In this document: one piece after another, positions 52,586 through 57,758 of the stretch
How positions within the stretch are numbered: position 1 is the stretch's first letter
Layout of the letters: every line of letters begins with the position of its first letter
NCBI GenBank assembly: GCA_001600815.1
Contig: BCKZ01000017.1
Location: 160,390-218,147 of the forward strand
Source: Alloascoidea hylecoeti
Lineage: Eukaryota
Length of the DNA: 57,758 nt
Direction: 5' to 3'
The notes under the pieces: generated by a model
Database searches by the model: none
The model's input: the letters and a program-made list of their open reading frames with translations, nothing else
Told to the model about the DNA's origin: nothing
Translations under genes and position numbers: made by a program

Positions 52586-54280
52586 GAAATGCTAGAAGCA
52601 ACGTTAACTCAATTCTGTGAAAGATGTCTGCAGCAGTCGGTAAAAATCTAATTATGGTGTTTAGAATAACTGACGGGTGTTACATTTGTTTTTAATTTAT
52701 ATTTGTTGAGCTTTAATTTGTTTATCATAAAGATCAATCTAGAGTTCAACCTTAGATTTCCTTATTATAAAAACAGCAAATATGTTACATACTCGGCCAT
52801 ATATGTCTTCTCGAAGCTTCGACCACTCGATCACACATCTTGTGGATCTCACGAGAAGCTGTGATCTCTCATAGAAGATCATGAGATCTTCTAAGCATGG
52901 GATCATCTCCCGACCATAAAAGGACTTGTGTCCCACTTGTCAGGGAAGGACCAAACTTTAATCGGATAATAATACACAGTAAGATTAGTATCACGATTAG
53001 TACGCCACTATAACAAAATATCCCATATAATTTAATACAATTATAATTAATCATATTTTACACTTCTAAAACTATCTATAAGTTATACATAGTAAATAGA
53101 TTAGTATAAATAGATACAACTATCGTTCATTTAAATATTATAAATTCTTGATCTACCATATCTCAAAAACAAATCAATACATATGTAGTACGTATGCGTA
53201 TCAGACCCTGAAATTGGTGTTAACCAATTACTTTATAATCTATTAATCAGAGAATTAAATATTATTTTAACTGAGTTGACATTGGAATATTGTGAAAAAC
53301 AACCATATGCATTTCCATCATAAAAAACAAATTAACTAAAATCTTCTTTAAAACTTAACAAAACTATTTTTATTATGCTTATATGAAATGTAATCTTTGA
53401 TGAGATGCAGAAGACACTGGCGGTTTTTTTATAGATTTTAGAAGTATTTGGTGCCGTTCAGCAGGTGGTATAAAAGATAGAGGCATGTAATGTTCTTCGC
53501 CATTGCCACAATTCATATTGATATCATCTAGATTAGTAAGGGATAGCGACTACGGTAACGATTGGTTATCAGCGCTTTAATTGTGAGCTACTCATTATCT
53601 AGACTGCGTAATATTATAAGTGATTAAAGATAAATTCTTAAATTGAAATTGAAGGATCCTCTAGTTATCTATAGGCCTATATATATACATTTGTGATGTT
53701 GATATTAATATTATCAGGTATAAATAATATACAATCAATAACAATGTCTCAGCTTAAGGTGCTCGCTTATCTATCTATATATATATAGGCTTAATTCTCT
53801 TAAACTTGATACTTGAATAAACGTTGAACATCATCCAAGTACTAGTTGTAGTTGCAATTATACTTAAACGATAATATATATATCTATATCCGTTTAATTA
53901 TTTTATGAAGTTGATACAATGAAATCATAATTAATTCTAGTTAGCTTAATTATAAACTTAGGGTAGGGCTTCTTGATTGTGTAGTGTAGAATCTGGATTA
54001 TTATGGAAAATATTATATAATGCAACATGATATTTAGGAACTTTTTTCTTAATCTAAAGTTAACTGGAATATAACCACAATCTTGTAGAATAGCATTAGA
54101 TCGCCTTCTTAACTTGTTTGACACCCTTTGATTTAACCCAAGAGAAACCCTAAGCGATGTACTCGTTTTGATTTAAATTCCGTTTAAATTCTCTAATTGT
54201 TCTAATTAATTAATCTTTCGTTTACATATTGAGATTATAAATTAAATTTACACTATTAATGAATATTAATACTATCTAGA

Positions 54281-54885
54281 ATGTCAAACTTCAAAAGTGA
54301 GTTCAATAACTATAGTGAAAAAGTACAGTATCAAACATCTATCAAAGGGCCTGAATATAACAGTGACTAATGAGCATGTAAAAAAAGGCGAAATAGAAGA
54401 TCGGGAACAAAAGATAATTAGCCAAGTTGATCCAGAATCTCGAATTGAGGTGCTTCATGAGGGGTTGAAAAGTAGACATGTTCAACTAATTGCACTGGGT
54501 GGTTGTATTGGAACTGGTATGTTCGTTGGTTCAGGATCTATTTTGGCGAATGATGCCAAGGGGATTAGGTATTGGAATAATCTAAGGGCATTCGTTGAGC
54601 ATCTTACAGGAGGAAGTACTGGAAAAATTTTAGGTGTAATAGTATTCTTAATTATTTTGACCTTAACAAATGGCTGTCTTCTTCTCTTTCAATGCCTCTG
54701 ATTTCTTTGCTGCTTATGTTACAATTCCAATTTTTGCTGTACTTTATTTTGGTCATTATAATTTAAGAAACCAATTGAAAGTGTAGATGTTACTACAGGT
54801 AAGGATTTTTCTGATGCACAAGAAGCTAAATATCCACCAAGGATCCCAAGAAATATATTGGAGAAGATCTGGTTTTGGGTTTTAG
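54281..54885 (+). pseudogene. Put4-like amino-acid permease pseudogene with large internal deletions and frameshifts
   Basis: Fragments in order: MSNFKSEF.. (stop/frameshift), LHEGLKSRHVQLIALGGCIGTGMFVGSG, GIRYWNN.RAFVEHLTGGSTGKILG, LTLTNG, ASDFFAAYVTIPIF..LYFGH, VDVTTGK...PRNILEKIWFW. Only ~600 nt of a gene family that normally needs roughly three times that. Confidence 0.88.
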
Positions 54886-55689
54886 ATTACTTAAGATCAA
54901 TTGACGAGGATGTTTATTTAGAAAAAATACTTATGTAAAAATTTTATACAGAGATATATATGATATAACCAATGACCTGAGCAAGACCAGGGTTCTAGTC
55001 AGCTTAGAAATAAGTACTTAATCGTTTACTAAAATAACGGCCAACAACACAAAATTATATAGATATTATGTATTTATAAACTACTTATCCTAATAAGTTC
55101 TTCTGACATGCTTTTTACAAGTTCTTTATCGGGCTTAAACAAATTATCTTGTGGTGTATCTATAGAAACAGATTTCACCTCCATGCTCGGATCAAGCGGC
55201 CAAACACGTCTTTCTGAACCCCTATATTATAGTAGAATAAATTAGTCTTTTAGTCCTTGCATATATCATCGTTGGTATAAAGTTTATTTTTTCAGCAGGA
55301 GACTTTGCTGTCTAAAGGATCTTTATGTTGAACCTATGGAAGGCCATATTCAACGGACCAAACCCGGTAACTTCCGAAACCTGGATTAGTTGAGTTATAT
55401 TACCAGAAAATATCCATTGGCAAACTTCGATTAAAAAGGACGGAACAAGTAAAAACAGACTATCAAATGAGGTGGGGAATTCTGCCACCATATAGTCCAA
55501 TTGAGCTCTTCCGTGGATGAAAACAGAACTAGCTATCCATAGTCAGATTGTGATCTGGAAATTTAAAGGAAATAAAGTTCCTCTATCATCTCCTCCATAA
55601 GTTGGGTCTTAGTTGCCTCATCTTTTCCCCTTGACATCTCTCACACTCTAATTAACCGCAAGTTTTTTTTCATGGTTCGTTTTATCAAG

Positions 55690-56210
55690 TTGTTATTCTG
55701 GGCCTTTTTTTCACCCAGAATGTTTCCTTATCCTGTAGCAGGTTAAGGAAAACCGACGGCTATAGTGGTATAAATTTAAAAGCAAATATTTACTTAAGGC
55801 AATTTTTTTGCAGGGAAGCAAAAAACATCAAGAGCATCTGGAAGAGGCGCCGAGGATCTAATATTCACGAACGATAACACGCCTATCTAATAATATATCT
55901 ATAAAGCTGGAATCACGATGAATTGGTCTCCTGAGAGGGAGATAGGTGTCGGAGTGGCCGCTTTTTTCGTCGGATCTGAATCCATATGAGCGCATTTGGT
56001 ATCCCCTCAAAAAGTGTATCACAAGGCAGGAATTACGATTATGAGTCTTTCACGCGGTGTAGAAATGAAGAAAGACATATTTTTTGAGTCTCTTTCAAAA
56101 TATTAAGACCTAATGAATCAGGATATCATTGATATTCCGAATGACTCCGGCTTCGTAGAGTGGCAGCCATTTATATGGTTAAGAGCTCGAGTGCCAACAC
56201 TCAATGTATC
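55690..56210 (+). mobile_element. Tc1/mariner (DD34E-type) transposase pseudogene, catalytic domain
   Basis: WAFFS, then IFTNDNTPI**YIYKAGITMNWSPEREIGV / EWPLFSSDLNPYERIWYPLKK, then QDIIDI..DS / RRVAAIY. Matches Tc1 IFxQDNAPxH...EWPPxSPDLNPIENLW..LK and SMPRRxxAVI. Confidence 0.85.
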
Positions 56211-57097
56211 CTTATACTAGTTTTAAAATTTCATTTTATAAACACTATAGCTAACAGAATCTTTAATTTACGGAACCTGCTGTATCTAATTATAGTGTCA
56301 AGAGTGGTGTTACATTTGTAAGCTTAACACATACCAGCCTGGGCATATGGTTACCAACTTACTATATGGCCTTATATCAATATAATTAATGGTGCCATAC
56401 CAAACAATTTTTTATAACAGAATTAAATATTATTTTAATTTTACAATTTTCTTTTCCACCAAACATAAGCTTGGCATCGGGAGAAGATATATATGCCATG
56501 GTGTGTGCAGTGTATGGAATCTATGTATCTCCATGGATAACCGTTCAGATATTCGCAAGTATCAGAAAAATTAAAACACTTTTTACAATTATACAGATGT
56601 TGAACGACACCAAAGACTTCTAGAATTTGTAAAAACAAACCGCCAGATTCTCCTGTATCTTACCAAAGGTGTATAAATTTTAAATAATAAATAATTTTGT
56701 ATAATTTCAGTTTTCTGATTCTTATGATATATATATATATATATATGCAAATGTGTGCGTGTGAAAGGTTATCCACACACAAACGTTAACGGTTGTTATT
56801 CAACTCATCATATAAGCCTATATATCTGTTATGTCCTTATCACATAAAATAAATCAGTTTGTAAAGATATACTAAAGACCATATTGAACCAGTTAGGCCA
56901 AAAAGTCGCACCACATCTCGTCAACTGCTAAAGAAAATACTATTGATATCATCTAGATCTAGCACAGGCTACCGGCTACCGGCTACAGTCACTATTGGTT
57001 ATCACCACTTAAGTTGTGAACTACTTGCTATCTACTATCTATCACATACCATAAATTCGTAAAACGAAGGGACCCTTAAGTTAATTATGTTTACAGT

Positions 57098-57758
57098 TGT
57101 GATTAAGTATGGTGATATTATAATTAAATAATCAATAACAATGTCTCAGATTAAAGTGCTCGCTTATCTATAGGATTAAATCATTTGATACTTGAATTAA
57201 CGTTTAACATCAGTCAGCTATACTTAAATGATAGCGTGTAAATATATATCCGTTTCATTTTCATAAAGTTAACTAATTGAATCATTATAATTCACAAATA
57301 ATTCCAGGTTTAATTATAAGCAGAAGGTAGGATATCTTGATTTTGTGGTTTGCATTATGATGCTACCGGTAATTAATAATAGAATGAAAGTGTAAGATAA
57401 CCTAAAAGATAATGCAACACGATAACTTGGCACTTCTTTATTCTAAAGTTAACTGGAATATAACCACAATCTTATATAATATTATAACATTGACCTCTTA
57501 ACTTGTTTTGTAGATTTTGAATTGACCGAAAAGAAACCCCAAGCGGTGGATTCACTTTGATATAAATTCAGTTTAAATTCTCTAATTGTTCTAATTAATC
57601 TTGCGTTCACACCTTGAAATATTGATATTATAAATTAGTTTTACGCTATTGTTTATGAATATTTATAGTATCTAAAATGTCAAATCTCAATAATGAGTTC
57701 AATAGCTCTAGCGAAAAGTTACAGTATCAAACATCTTTAAAAGGGCCTGATCATGACA
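57098..57758 (+). repeat. Duplicate of about 53690-54370 (permease promoter and 5' CDS)
   Basis: Shared blocks include aatcaataacaatgtctcag.ttaa.gtgctcgcttatctat, tctaaagttaactggaatataaccacaatctt and gtttaaattctctaattgttctaattaat. Confidence 0.9.
57677..57758 (+). CDS. 5' end of an amino-acid permease (sister/parent of the 54281 pseudogene), 3'-partial
   Basis: MSNLNNEFNSSSEKLQYQTSLKGPDHD aligns with pseudogene MSNFKSEFNNYSEKVQYQTSIKGPEYN and runs off the window. Confidence 0.65.
   Translation, partial: MSNLNNEFNSSSEKLQYQTSLKGPDHD

Overview
AT-rich budding-yeast (Saccharomycotina) chromosomal DNA. The genetic code looks standard: CTG falls at invariant Leu sites in PSA1 and CYC8. Protein genes, in order: 3' part of a TGL4/5-type lipase, cwf18/CCDC12 (1 intron), ATP4 (2 introns), two tandem GH17 glucanases, a zinc alcohol dehydrogenase ending in SKL, PSA1, a small unknown ORF, YSF3, a YicI-type GH31 alpha-xylosidase, CYC8/SSN6, FBP1, a truncated Mch1 paralogue next to MCH1 (1 intron), SEC61 (1 intron), HCM1, a CCDC47/YNR021W homologue (1 intron), a deleted Put4-like permease pseudogene and the start of its sister copy. 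RNA genes are tRNA-Asn and a tandem tRNA-Ala/tRNA-Phe pair. Long intergenic regions hold Tc1/mariner transposase relics, a MITE-like element, a possible hAT relic and a three-copy dispersed repeat. The most notable observation is at the end of FBP1: a slippery C CCA AAA AAA AAC run opens into a stop-free -1 frame that would add 78 aa ending in an NLS-like motif. Next are the peroxisome-targeted ADH, the probable dicistronic tRNAs and sharp GC islands at some gene 5' ends. All calls were made by eye; no searches were run.
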